The notes under the pieces: model-generated
What the model saw: the letters and a program-made list of their open reading frames with translations, nothing else
The model's database searches: none
Told to the model about the DNA's origin: nothing
Origin: a virus
IMG/VR virus record: IMGVR_UViG_3300005542_000007
Span: 64,001 to 128,000 of that record
Length of the DNA stretch: 64,000 bases
Strand: one strand, 5' to 3'
Program-made: the position numbers and the translations under genes
Part shown: piece by piece, positions 1-8,271 of the stretch
How positions within the stretch are numbered: position 1 is the stretch's first letter
Layout of the letters: each line of letters starts with the position of its first letter

Positions 1-153
1 TTTTATTTAATACAGGTCTAGCTTTACATGTGACAGATTATCTAAATAGACAGATACAAGAACAAATGCTTTTAATGGCAGAGGCTAATTTATTATCCAC
101 AGAATTAGCACGAGAAAAAACAAGCAGGTATAATTTTAAGGAGATACGCTAAA

Positions 154-807
154 ATGCTATCAGAAATTAGAACAGGTGTAATTGTAACATCGAACGGAGC
201 CGTAAACCCATCAAGAAGTGACAAAACAGGCGCATTGGTTGTGACAGATGGACATGGGCATTGGTCAGAAGCGGCCTCACAGCAAAAATTGTTTACTGCA
301 ATTCTTTCTCAAGGGACCACCACTGTCGCAGCGGGTAACATTGTAGGCGCAGCGGCAGCAGCTTCTACTCAATTTGCTGTTTGGAATCCTTTGGGGTCTT
401 CTGTAAACTTAGTGCTTCAAAAGCTAAGAATTCAGCAATACTCGGGAACTCCCACAGCCGGAGGTTTGACACTTTCTTATTTTAATGCTTCTGGTGTTGC
501 TACATTTTTATCTACTTCTGGAGCCGTTCACAGTAATTACATTAATGGACCTTTGGGGCAAGGTGTATGTTTGGCCTCTGCTGCGGGTGCAGCATTGACT
601 GGCGGATCAGCACTAACGACACTTTTAAATACAGGTTGGTCATCTTCTGCAACAGCATTAGCGTCTCCTGCTGGTATTGGATATGTGGAAAACTTCGATG
701 GTGAAGTTGTTGTTCCTCCTGGTTTTGGCGTAGTGCCTACATGGGCAGGAGCAGGAACTACTTATCTCGTTGGTTATAGTTTAACATGGGAAGAAGTTAA
801 TTTTTAA
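154..807 (+). CDS. Virion-associated beta-rich hypothetical protein
   Basis: 217-aa G/A/S/T-rich ORF with AAGGAG RBS; ends LTWEEVNF, similar to the W-x-EE ends of the next two ORFs. Confidence 0.55.
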   Translation: MLSEIRTGVIVTSNGAVNPSRSDKTGALVVTDGHGHWSEAASQQKLFTAILSQGTTTVAAGNIVGAAAAASTQFAVWNPLGSSVNLVLQKLRIQQYSGTPTAGGLTLSYFNASGVATFLSTSGAVHSNYINGPLGQGVCLASAAGAALTGGSALTTLLNTGWSSSATALASPAGIGYVENFDGEVVVPPGFGVVPTWAGAGTTYLVGYSLTWEEVNF

Positions 808-823
808 TGGAGGTTAATTTCTA

Positions 824-1426
824 ATGGGTGGACCTTTAGATCCTGAATTTTCTGCCATAACAGATAATAATGGAGATGTTTTAAATGTTAACCCTAACGG
901 GTCCATTTCTAGCTCTCCTCTTGATGGAACTAAAAATACATATTCTTTATGTACCTCCGCCATAAGTCCCCCAACCACTGCTACAGATATTTTTCTAATT
1001 CAGGGGAGTAAAACGAAAGTAATTAGGGTTTTACGAATTGAAGTTACTGGCACACAAACTACGGCAGGACAAGTGCTACTCATATTGATAAAGAGGCTCA
1101 TTGCAAATACTGGAGGTACTGCTTCTACTTATCTTAATTGGCCTGGACACGATAGTGAAAATCCTCCAGCAACTGCTACGGTATTACAATATTCGGCTAA
1201 CCCAGTAATCACTGCTGGCGCTTTTTTGTTTGTAAGACAAAATACAACATTTATTCCAGCAGCACTTTCTGTTGCTGCTACTGTTCCTACGGTATGGACT
1301 TTTGGAGATAGGCCAGGACAAGCTATAGTGCTCCGAGGCGTAAATGAGCAGTTGGCTATAAATTTAAATTCTGTAACTATTACTGGTGGATCATTTCTAG
1401 TTAGTGTTGAATGGACAGAGGAATAA
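824..1426 (+). CDS. Virion structural protein, paralog of the C-terminal domain of 1430..2713
   Basis: PPTTATDIFLIQGSKTKVIRVLRIEV...IVLRG...VEWTEE aligns with PPSTPTDVAIITGSATKTIRITRLEL...IVLRG...FEWSEE. Confidence 0.6.
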   Translation: MGGPLDPEFSAITDNNGDVLNVNPNGSISSSPLDGTKNTYSLCTSAISPPTTATDIFLIQGSKTKVIRVLRIEVTGTQTTAGQVLLILIKRLIANTGGTASTYLNWPGHDSENPPATATVLQYSANPVITAGAFLFVRQNTTFIPAALSVAATVPTVWTFGDRPGQAIVLRGVNEQLAINLNSVTITGGSFLVSVEWTEE

Positions 1427-1429
1427 TAT

Positions 1430-2713
1430 ATGAAAGAAGTTGGCGTTGACTATTCAACATTTAAATCTCTAGTAACTAATAAAGGATTATTGACACAATA
1501 TGTTGATAATGGCAATCAATATTTTATTTTTGCCGCAGAAGCTGATATATCGTGGGAAACAGTTGTACAGAAAGATGGTGGAGCGAATCAAACCGATTTT
1601 GAAACTAATTACAAATCTACTGCCAACAAAGCTTTTGGTACGACAAAAAATAATACTGGAACTATAACGTCTTTGAATGGAACAGTCATAGCTCCAGTAC
1701 AGGGCAGTTCCACTATAGTTTTTAATGTTACAGGTACATGGTCTGCGACTCTTGGATTACAAGCAACAACAGATGGTATAAATTGGTTTAGTATATCTGG
1801 CTATGTTCCAACAAGTCAAGCTATTACATCATCGTTTTCGGTAAATCAGCCTGTCATCGTTAATTGTGGTGGATTTTATCAAGTTCAATTAATAGCTACT
1901 GCTTTTACATCTGGAACCATATCTGTTAATTGGGTTGCTAGTTCTGGCGATAATTCTTTACAAGTATATAGTACATCGGCACAGACGTTTATTGTTTGGG
2001 CACAATTGAAAGATGGGGTTGGGAATAATATTACTTCCCAAGTAAATGGAACCAAACAAGCTCTTGATGTAGGCATTGATGTGGCTGGTACGCAGATTGA
2101 TCCAAGATTGGTGGAAGGAGCCGTTACTACAAATCCACCTACCTACGCGACAGCCACCAATCAACCGCTATCTTTAAGTACTACTGGTGCGTTACGTACT
2201 GAACAACTTTTAAGTTCTAAACAATATTATGGAGTAAGTACTGGAGCCTTTACTCCTCCTTCTACCCCAACTGATGTAGCTATTATTACAGGCAGCGCCA
2301 CGAAAACTATTAGAATTACAAGATTGGAATTATCTACTACTCAAAGCACTGCTGGAATAAACACATGGTTCATTGTTGTTCGGTCGTCAGCAAATAGTGG
2401 AGGAACTTCAGCAACTCCAACTATAGTTCCGTTAGATTCTACTAATAATGCAGCAACCGCCGTAGTTAGGAGTTATACAGCAAATCCAAGTTCGCTTGGT
2501 TCGGCTGTTGGTACATTAAGGACCTCTAGGATTTTGTCTGACACTACCACTACTGTTTCCCAGCCAGCATATGTTTTTGATTTTACGAATTCTGGAATTA
2601 GCTCAGGAATTGTACTTCGTGGCACATCCCAGGTATTGGCTTTAAATTTTAATGGAGCGACCTTACCCCTTGGGTTGAGTGTTGCTTGCAATTTTGAATG
2701 GTCCGAAGAATAA
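1430..2713 (+). CDS. Multi-domain virion structural/decoration protein
   Basis: 427-aa T/S-rich ORF; C-terminal domain paralogous to 824..1426. Confidence 0.6.
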   Translation: MKEVGVDYSTFKSLVTNKGLLTQYVDNGNQYFIFAAEADISWETVVQKDGGANQTDFETNYKSTANKAFGTTKNNTGTITSLNGTVIAPVQGSSTIVFNVTGTWSATLGLQATTDGINWFSISGYVPTSQAITSSFSVNQPVIVNCGGFYQVQLIATAFTSGTISVNWVASSGDNSLQVYSTSAQTFIVWAQLKDGVGNNITSQVNGTKQALDVGIDVAGTQIDPRLVEGAVTTNPPTYATATNQPLSLSTTGALRTEQLLSSKQYYGVSTGAFTPPSTPTDVAIITGSATKTIRITRLELSTTQSTAGINTWFIVVRSSANSGGTSATPTIVPLDSTNNAATAVVRSYTANPSSLGSAVGTLRTSRILSDTTTTVSQPAYVFDFTNSGISSGIVLRGTSQVLALNFNGATLPLGLSVACNFEWSEE

Positions 2714-2736
2714 AATTATATTGAAGGAGAAATATT

Positions 2737-3087
2737 GTGGCCGACCCAACGACTAATTTACATACAGGTACAGAAACTGCAAGTGGAACTAGCATTGCCT
2801 TTGGTCTTCCTACCAACCAAATAGTAGGAGTATTTGTAAATGTCTCTGCTGTTTCTGGTGTTTTACCAACTCTTGCTATTTCTGTAGAGCAGTCTCCCAA
2901 TGGAACTGATTGGTATAATATTCCAAATGCTTCAGGCACTGTTTCTTTTGCGGGTATTAATACTGTTGCACTTTTTAGCGTATTTCCTCCAACTGGTCAA
3001 CCCTGCTGTGATACTATACGATGTGCCTGGACGATTGGTGGAGTAAATCCAAGTTTTACTTTTACCGTGGATATTGTTAACTATTAA
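2737..3087 (+). CDS. Small beta-sandwich hypothetical protein
   Basis: GTG start after GAAGGAG RBS; VEQSPNGTDWY motif typical of phage structural beta-sandwiches. Confidence 0.5.
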   Translation: MADPTTNLHTGTETASGTSIAFGLPTNQIVGVFVNVSAVSGVLPTLAISVEQSPNGTDWYNIPNASGTVSFAGINTVALFSVFPPTGQPCCDTIRCAWTIGGVNPSFTFTVDIVNY

Positions 3088-3108
3088 TTTTATATAGGAT
3101 AAAAAATT

Positions 3109-3360
3109 ATGCAATTACAAATGTTGTCCCTCGCTTACGATCAATGGAAACAAATGCGAACTTTTTTAGCTGTTAATACCTATTACATAAAAGACAATAA
3201 AGAATATCGCCTTTTATTAATAGATTTTGGGCGTGGTTTTATTGCCACTTCTAATATTTCTTCGGCGGTAGACATAGTAGATTTTGAAGCGAATATAAAA
3301 AGTACGGCTATTTCATCGATTTCGGTAGATGCTGCGATAGCGGCTCAAATAATTGGATGA
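3109..3360 (+). CDS. Hypothetical protein
   Basis: 83-aa ORF in operon. Confidence 0.5.
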   Translation: MQLQMLSLAYDQWKQMRTFLAVNTYYIKDNKEYRLLLIDFGRGFIATSNISSAVDIVDFEANIKSTAISSISVDAAIAAQIIG

Positions 3361-3862
3361 GCTAATGGTTACACAAGAAGACCTTCATCCTGGAGATTTA
3401 CTTTTATTTAAAGTGAAATCTTCTTCGTCTTTGGTCTCCAAATTCATCGGATGGGGACAAAAAGTTTTAGGACATGCACCAACAAAGAGCGAGTATTGCC
3501 ACGTTGCTTTAGTAGCTTTTGATCCAACGTATCTTATGGAAGCAAGATGGCCAAAAACAAGAATTTGGAAAATTGATTGGTCGTACCTAAATAAAGAATA
3601 TGATGTTCAATTGTTCAGAGTTAAAAATGTAACTCCAAGACAGCAATTAGATGCGATTCATTGGGCTGAAGATCATTTAGGTGAATGGTATGATTTGCCT
3701 GAATTGTTGGGTGGTTGGATAGCTTTTAAACATGCCCAAATATGCAGTACTTATGTTACCCAAGCAGAAAAGGCGGCGGGAATAATTTTTAAAACAGAAG
3801 AGAATGGGTTTATTACCCCAGATGAAGTAGCAGCAGATCCTCTAATTTGGAGAGTGAAATGA
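3353..3862 (+). CDS. Permuted papain-like (YiiX/YebB, permuted NlpC/P60) enzyme
   Basis: PGDLLLF...HVAL (His) ...LGEWYD...ICSTYV (Cys) ...ITPDEV: His-before-Cys order of permuted NlpC/P60. Confidence 0.75.
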   Translation: MDELMVTQEDLHPGDLLLFKVKSSSSLVSKFIGWGQKVLGHAPTKSEYCHVALVAFDPTYLMEARWPKTRIWKIDWSYLNKEYDVQLFRVKNVTPRQQLDAIHWAEDHLGEWYDLPELLGGWIAFKHAQICSTYVTQAEKAAGIIFKTEENGFITPDEVAADPLIWRVK

Positions 3863-4107
3863 TTAGAAAAGAACATGAAACAAAGAACGTCGAAGTAATC
3901 AAAGATGTTCTGTGTAATAAATGTGGTGCTAGTTGCAAGGCAATAGATTGTGATAATTTTAATTGTGCAGAACTGAAAGTTCATTGGGGATATGGAAGTA
4001 CCTACCACGATGGAGAAATTCACGAAGCTCATTTGTGCGAACAATGTTGGGAAGGTATTGTTAAAGAATTTAAGATACCAGATTTAGTGGTAGAGAATCA
4101 ATATTAA
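3859..4107 (+). CDS. Small Zn-finger protein
   Basis: CNKCG...LCEQCW; ATG overlaps the upstream stop. Confidence 0.55.
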   Translation: MIRKEHETKNVEVIKDVLCNKCGASCKAIDCDNFNCAELKVHWGYGSTYHDGEIHEAHLCEQCWEGIVKEFKIPDLVVENQY

Positions 4108-4118
4108 AGGAGTAAACA

Positions 4119-4382
4119 ATGGCAAATATTCAGATTTACAATTTAACATGGACCGAATGGGCAGCTAAAGGCGGTACCGCTTATTATATTGATTACGGAA
4201 CTTCCTATCAACTCTATAAGGTTGATAGCACTCTCGCCAATCAAATACTTTGGGCCACGCATATTTTTTATGCTCCACCATTGACTTCTACGCAGCAGAT
4301 TGATTTGACAGCTTTTCTAGCTATTAAAGCCGGGTCTACTCAAGTTGATAGCGTTGACGAGGTTGTGTCAGCGAATTTCTAA
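4119..4382 (+). CDS. Hypothetical protein
   Basis: AAGGAG RBS, 87 aa. Confidence 0.55.
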   Translation: MANIQIYNLTWTEWAAKGGTAYYIDYGTSYQLYKVDSTLANQILWATHIFYAPPLTSTQQIDLTAFLAIKAGSTQVDSVDEVVSANF

Positions 4383-4394
4383 TAAGGATCTAAC

Positions 4395-5207
4395 ATGTCT
4401 TTAAATCTTCCAATAGCTCCTATCATTAGTGGGATTTCTCCAACAACATTTACAGTATCTACTGGAAATGATGGGAATCCTCCTGGGACATTTTATAGCT
4501 TTCGTGTAATCACGAACGGTCTTATTAATTATGTAACTAGTGCTGGCATTTTATCCTCGGCTAATATGTACAACAATCTCCAGACTATCACGGTTGTTAA
4601 CGTTGCACCATCTACACAGTTCATGCTTTCTGCTTCTGCGGCTCAAGATGCCCAGGGAACAAATTCTACGGCGTATGGACCGTTTACTACATTTGTTACT
4701 TTACCTGCCGGAGTAGCAACATCTGGACCTTTTACACCACAGCAGCAAATTATTATTGAACAAAGCAGATTGTTGATGCCGCAGAAGTTTAGTGTTAATT
4801 GTAGTGATGAACGTATTCTTGCATTTGCTGAGGTTGTATTGGCAGATATTAATTTATTTCCGCCTCTTCAAGGATTTACGACAGATACTTTAACCCCGGC
4901 AGCGCTGCCTCTTCTGTATTTTGGGATTAGCTTGATGGCAGAGTTGTTCTTTCAAATGTCGGCCACACTCCAAGACTTTAATTACAATGATAATGGACTT
5001 TCATTGAATATTGACCAAACCGGAAAAATTGCTCAGAGTTACCAAAATATGTTAGAGTTTTACCGCCACATGATTACCAATTTTAAGAAGACACAGATTT
5101 TTGCACAAGGAGCCTTTGGTATTTCAAGCCCCAGGTATCAATCGCAAATTGGGCAGTTTTTGAAAATTTCATTAGGTTCCAGTTTCAATTGGAATTCACC
5201 GTCGTAA
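4395..5207 (+). CDS. Putative head-tail adaptor/neck protein with N-terminal FN3-like domain
   Basis: C-terminal half (ADINLFPP...FNYNDNGLSLNID...) resembles myovirus neck proteins; N-terminus paralogous to 5785..6939. Confidence 0.5.
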   Translation: MSLNLPIAPIISGISPTTFTVSTGNDGNPPGTFYSFRVITNGLINYVTSAGILSSANMYNNLQTITVVNVAPSTQFMLSASAAQDAQGTNSTAYGPFTTFVTLPAGVATSGPFTPQQQIIIEQSRLLMPQKFSVNCSDERILAFAEVVLADINLFPPLQGFTTDTLTPAALPLLYFGISLMAELFFQMSATLQDFNYNDNGLSLNIDQTGKIAQSYQNMLEFYRHMITNFKKTQIFAQGAFGISSPRYQSQIGQFLKISLGSSFNWNSPS

Positions 5208-5230
5208 CATCCCAAACCCAGGAGTTGTCT

Positions 5231-5785
5231 ATGAACGATAAACTACCATTCAGTGAGGCCAGCGGCAAAAAGCCGTTACATGGCACTTACAAAGTATCTT
5301 TTACGATTAATATAGATGTGGAAGATAGGATTCTCGCTTCTGATTTTGGGTATTTTATTACCGATGGTTTTGGGGAAAATCTTGTGGAGAAAGTGGCCTC
5401 GCTTGACGTGGAGAAAATTTATAAAGTAGCTAAGGTGGAACTTAAACCTGGGGATTTAGTTTACTTAAGTCGAGATATTTCTGTTACAGCCACAGTTGTA
5501 AAAGATAATGGTGGTATTTATTGTGTGGGATCTGTTGGCCAACCAGTTTGTGAGAAATACACTTTGAACTTGCCTCGTGGTATTGTGGCAGAAGTGAATA
5601 AAGTAGCTGAAGGTCAAGCAGAACTTTTGGGCTTCGACAATGTTATTGAAGCGGCGTTTATCAATCCTGAAACAGATGAGCCTTTTTGGGAGAATGTACG
5701 AATTGATTTAATAGCTGTAGATTTAGATGCGGTAGAGAAGATTGAAAATACTCCGAAGCCTGTGGATGACGGGGAGGTAGCCTAA
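5231..5785 (+). CDS. Hypothetical protein
   Basis: ORF 5189..5785; AGGAG RBS favours the ATG at 5231. Confidence 0.5.
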   Translation: MNDKLPFSEASGKKPLHGTYKVSFTINIDVEDRILASDFGYFITDGFGENLVEKVASLDVEKIYKVAKVELKPGDLVYLSRDISVTATVVKDNGGIYCVGSVGQPVCEKYTLNLPRGIVAEVNKVAEGQAELLGFDNVIEAAFINPETDEPFWENVRIDLIAVDLDAVEKIENTPKPVDDGEVA

Positions 5786-6939
5786 TGCCTTTAAATACTC
5801 CCGTAGCGCCAACAATTTCTGCTATAACCTCGTCTGGTTTTACTGCAACTAGAAATCCAGATGGAAATCCTGGAGGTACCTATTACCTTTGGATGATTTC
5901 ATATAATACTTCCACGTTTTATGCAGATGGAAGTGGAGGATTAAGCAGTACGCCAATTTTTCTCTTGGGGTCGTCCCAAAATGTATCAAGTATTCCTCCA
6001 AACACAACAGCTTCCGTTGCTTTAGAAGCTGCTCTTGATTCAAGTGGAGGAGGGCATACTGGTTTTGGTCCGGCAGTGGGTCCAACTACTTTGGCTACCG
6101 CACCTATAGCACAGCCTTACCAAGCTATTTTTTCAACAACCGTTACAGCCTTTTGGCTACCAAATGGTAATCCCAATGGGACACAATTTGATGTCCAATT
6201 GTCAACAGACCCAAGTTTTTCAATTGGAGTACTTGATTCTGGCTGGATTACAGCACCGACACATGAATTTACAAATCTTCTTCCCAGCACTATTTATTAC
6301 GGTCAGGTAAAAGCTCGAAATTCAATACTTGTAGAAACCTCCTTTACATCTTTAGGGCCAGTTACGACTCTTACTGGGCCCTCCAATGTTAGAGCTTTAC
6401 AAGTAACAAACCTGCTTGATAACAGAGGTTTCTTATTGCAATGGGCTCCAAATATTGAAAACAATATTGTCGCTTACAAAGTATACAGAAGCAGTTCTCC
6501 CACGGACATAAGTAGTTTTTCTTTAATTAATAGCACACCCGCGAATGTCACGTCATATATCGATAACGTTTCATTTACCTTTGGGTTGGTGTATTACTAC
6601 ATTGTAACTGCTTTGGACAACGGAGGAAACGAATCTTCTCTAGACACAGCCAATCCCACTCAGGATATGTCTTTTCATTCGTTCGAGGAACAGCCATTTC
6701 CTACTGTTATACTGTCTTCGGATGTAATTAACAATGAAACGCCAAGTGGGTTAGTGAACGGAGCGAATACTTTATTTACTACAGCATATCCGTACAAAAA
6801 TCAAACGCTTTCGGTTTATCTAAACGGAGTTAAATTAATGCTTACTGTGGATTATATTTTAACTCCTCCTCAGCAGTTTACTCTTTTAGCGGCTCCCCTT
6901 TCTACAGATTTTCTTCGTATTGAATACGTAAGATATTAA
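5785..6939 (+). CDS. Fibronectin type III repeat virion protein
   Basis: FN3 hallmarks (NLLPSTIYYGQVKARN; YKVYRS...YYYIVTALDNGGNES); C-terminal VYLNGVKL...DY module. Confidence 0.7.
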   Translation: MPLNTPVAPTISAITSSGFTATRNPDGNPGGTYYLWMISYNTSTFYADGSGGLSSTPIFLLGSSQNVSSIPPNTTASVALEAALDSSGGGHTGFGPAVGPTTLATAPIAQPYQAIFSTTVTAFWLPNGNPNGTQFDVQLSTDPSFSIGVLDSGWITAPTHEFTNLLPSTIYYGQVKARNSILVETSFTSLGPVTTLTGPSNVRALQVTNLLDNRGFLLQWAPNIENNIVAYKVYRSSSPTDISSFSLINSTPANVTSYIDNVSFTFGLVYYYIVTALDNGGNESSLDTANPTQDMSFHSFEEQPFPTVILSSDVINNETPSGLVNGANTLFTTAYPYKNQTLSVYLNGVKLMLTVDYILTPPQQFTLLAAPLSTDFLRIEYVRY

Positions 6940-6948
6940 GAGGTAATT

Positions 6949-7824
6949 ATGACAGCCAATTTTAAACATATTAATGCGGGAGAACAAATATTTGATGGGT
7001 CTATTACAGCATCTCTTTTAGCTCCTAATGCAGCCGTTTTATCTGTGAATGCAGATAGCAATCCTAATTTAACCGGAACCATTCAATTCGTTTCTGGAAC
7101 CCATGTCACTCTTTCTCAAGTGGGGCAAGTTATCACAGTTAATGCAACAGGTGAACTTTCTACAACCCTAACATCTTCTCATATCTTTGTAGGGAATGCT
7201 TCAAATATTGCCACGGATACCGCCTTATCTGGGGATGCTACTCTATCTAATACTGGAGTATTAACGTTAGCCAATACAGCCGTAATCCCTACCTCTTATA
7301 CGAATGCTAATATTACTGTAGATAGTAAAGGTAGAATTACAGCCGCTTCTAATGGTGTATCTAGCGGCATAACACAATTGACCGCAGATGTTACGGCAGG
7401 ACCGGGAAGTGGTTCTCAAGCCGCTACCGTTGTTAGTGTTGGTGGAAGTAGCGCAGTCAATATACATAGTGCTGAGTTGGCCGCAAATGCCGCTACAGCA
7501 TTAAATACGCCTTCAACTATAGTGAAACGTGATGGCAGCGGAAATTTTGCAGCGGGAATTATTACAGCGTCATTAACAGGTCATGCCAGTCTTGATTTAG
7601 CTCTAACAGGCGGTACCTTAACGGGCGCTCTTGGAATTGGTGAGTCACCAATTGCAAGTGCTATTTTAGATGTAGCTTCGACCACACAAGGTTTCCTTCC
7701 TCCAAGAATGACAACAACTCAAAGAACGTCTATTAGTAGTCCTGCTGAGGGTTTACAAGTTTATGATTTGACGGATCATCAATTATATCAGTGGAATGGA
7801 AGTAGCTGGGTTATTTTAGGATAA
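6949..7824 (+). CDS. Fibre-like virion protein
   Basis: YTNANITVDSKGRITAASNG fibre motif; C-terminal GFLPPRMTTTQR...WNGSSW motif shared with 26394..28808. Confidence 0.65.
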   Translation: MTANFKHINAGEQIFDGSITASLLAPNAAVLSVNADSNPNLTGTIQFVSGTHVTLSQVGQVITVNATGELSTTLTSSHIFVGNASNIATDTALSGDATLSNTGVLTLANTAVIPTSYTNANITVDSKGRITAASNGVSSGITQLTADVTAGPGSGSQAATVVSVGGSSAVNIHSAELAANAATALNTPSTIVKRDGSGNFAAGIITASLTGHASLDLALTGGTLTGALGIGESPIASAILDVASTTQGFLPPRMTTTQRTSISSPAEGLQVYDLTDHQLYQWNGSSWVILG

Positions 7825-7838
7825 AAATAGAAAGGTAG

Positions 7839-7867
7839 TTGTAATTCTTGATAAGACCTGATATAGT
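7839..7867 (+). promoter_or_regulatory. Putative sigma70-type promoter
   Basis: TTGTAA-17 nt-TATAGT with TG extended -10. Confidence 0.4.
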
Positions 7868-7906
7868 ATGTACAGGCAGTAAAATAACTCTAGGAGAGAA
7901 AAGAAA

Positions 7907-8167
7907 ATGAATGAGAATGACAAAGTACAAGATGCACAAGTAGTGGAGAGGCCCGTTGCTCATAAAGATACACTTGCGTTAGAAGCACTTCGTACCCAGG
8001 TTACAAATGCGCGAGATGATTTCAAGAAGCAATTAGCTAATGTTAAGGACGCAATCGAAACCCGCGAAGAAGAGCTTAAGAATTTAAATATTAAGAAGCT
8101 CAAACTTCAAGGTGCGATTGAAGCTTCAGATATTTATCTAAAGCCAGCCACCCCTGCTTCTAAGTAA
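7907..8167 (+). CDS. Small coiled-coil protein
   Basis: AGGAG RBS; heptad-rich K/E/L sequence. Confidence 0.6.
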   Translation: MNENDKVQDAQVVERPVAHKDTLALEALRTQVTNARDDFKKQLANVKDAIETREEELKNLNIKKLKLQGAIEASDIYLKPATPASK

Positions 8168-8193
8168 TTAATCTTCCATAGAAATTAAGAAAT

Positions 8194-8233
8194 CCTTCGC
8201 TGTTTAAAACAGCGAAAGGTTTCCTTTTGTTTT
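8194..8233 (+). terminator. Intrinsic terminator
   Basis: TTCGCTGTT/AACAGCGAA stem followed by T-rich tract. Confidence 0.55.
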
Positions 8234-8271
8234 GTAATACAAACAATACATTAAGTTTTTAGAGGTTTTAA

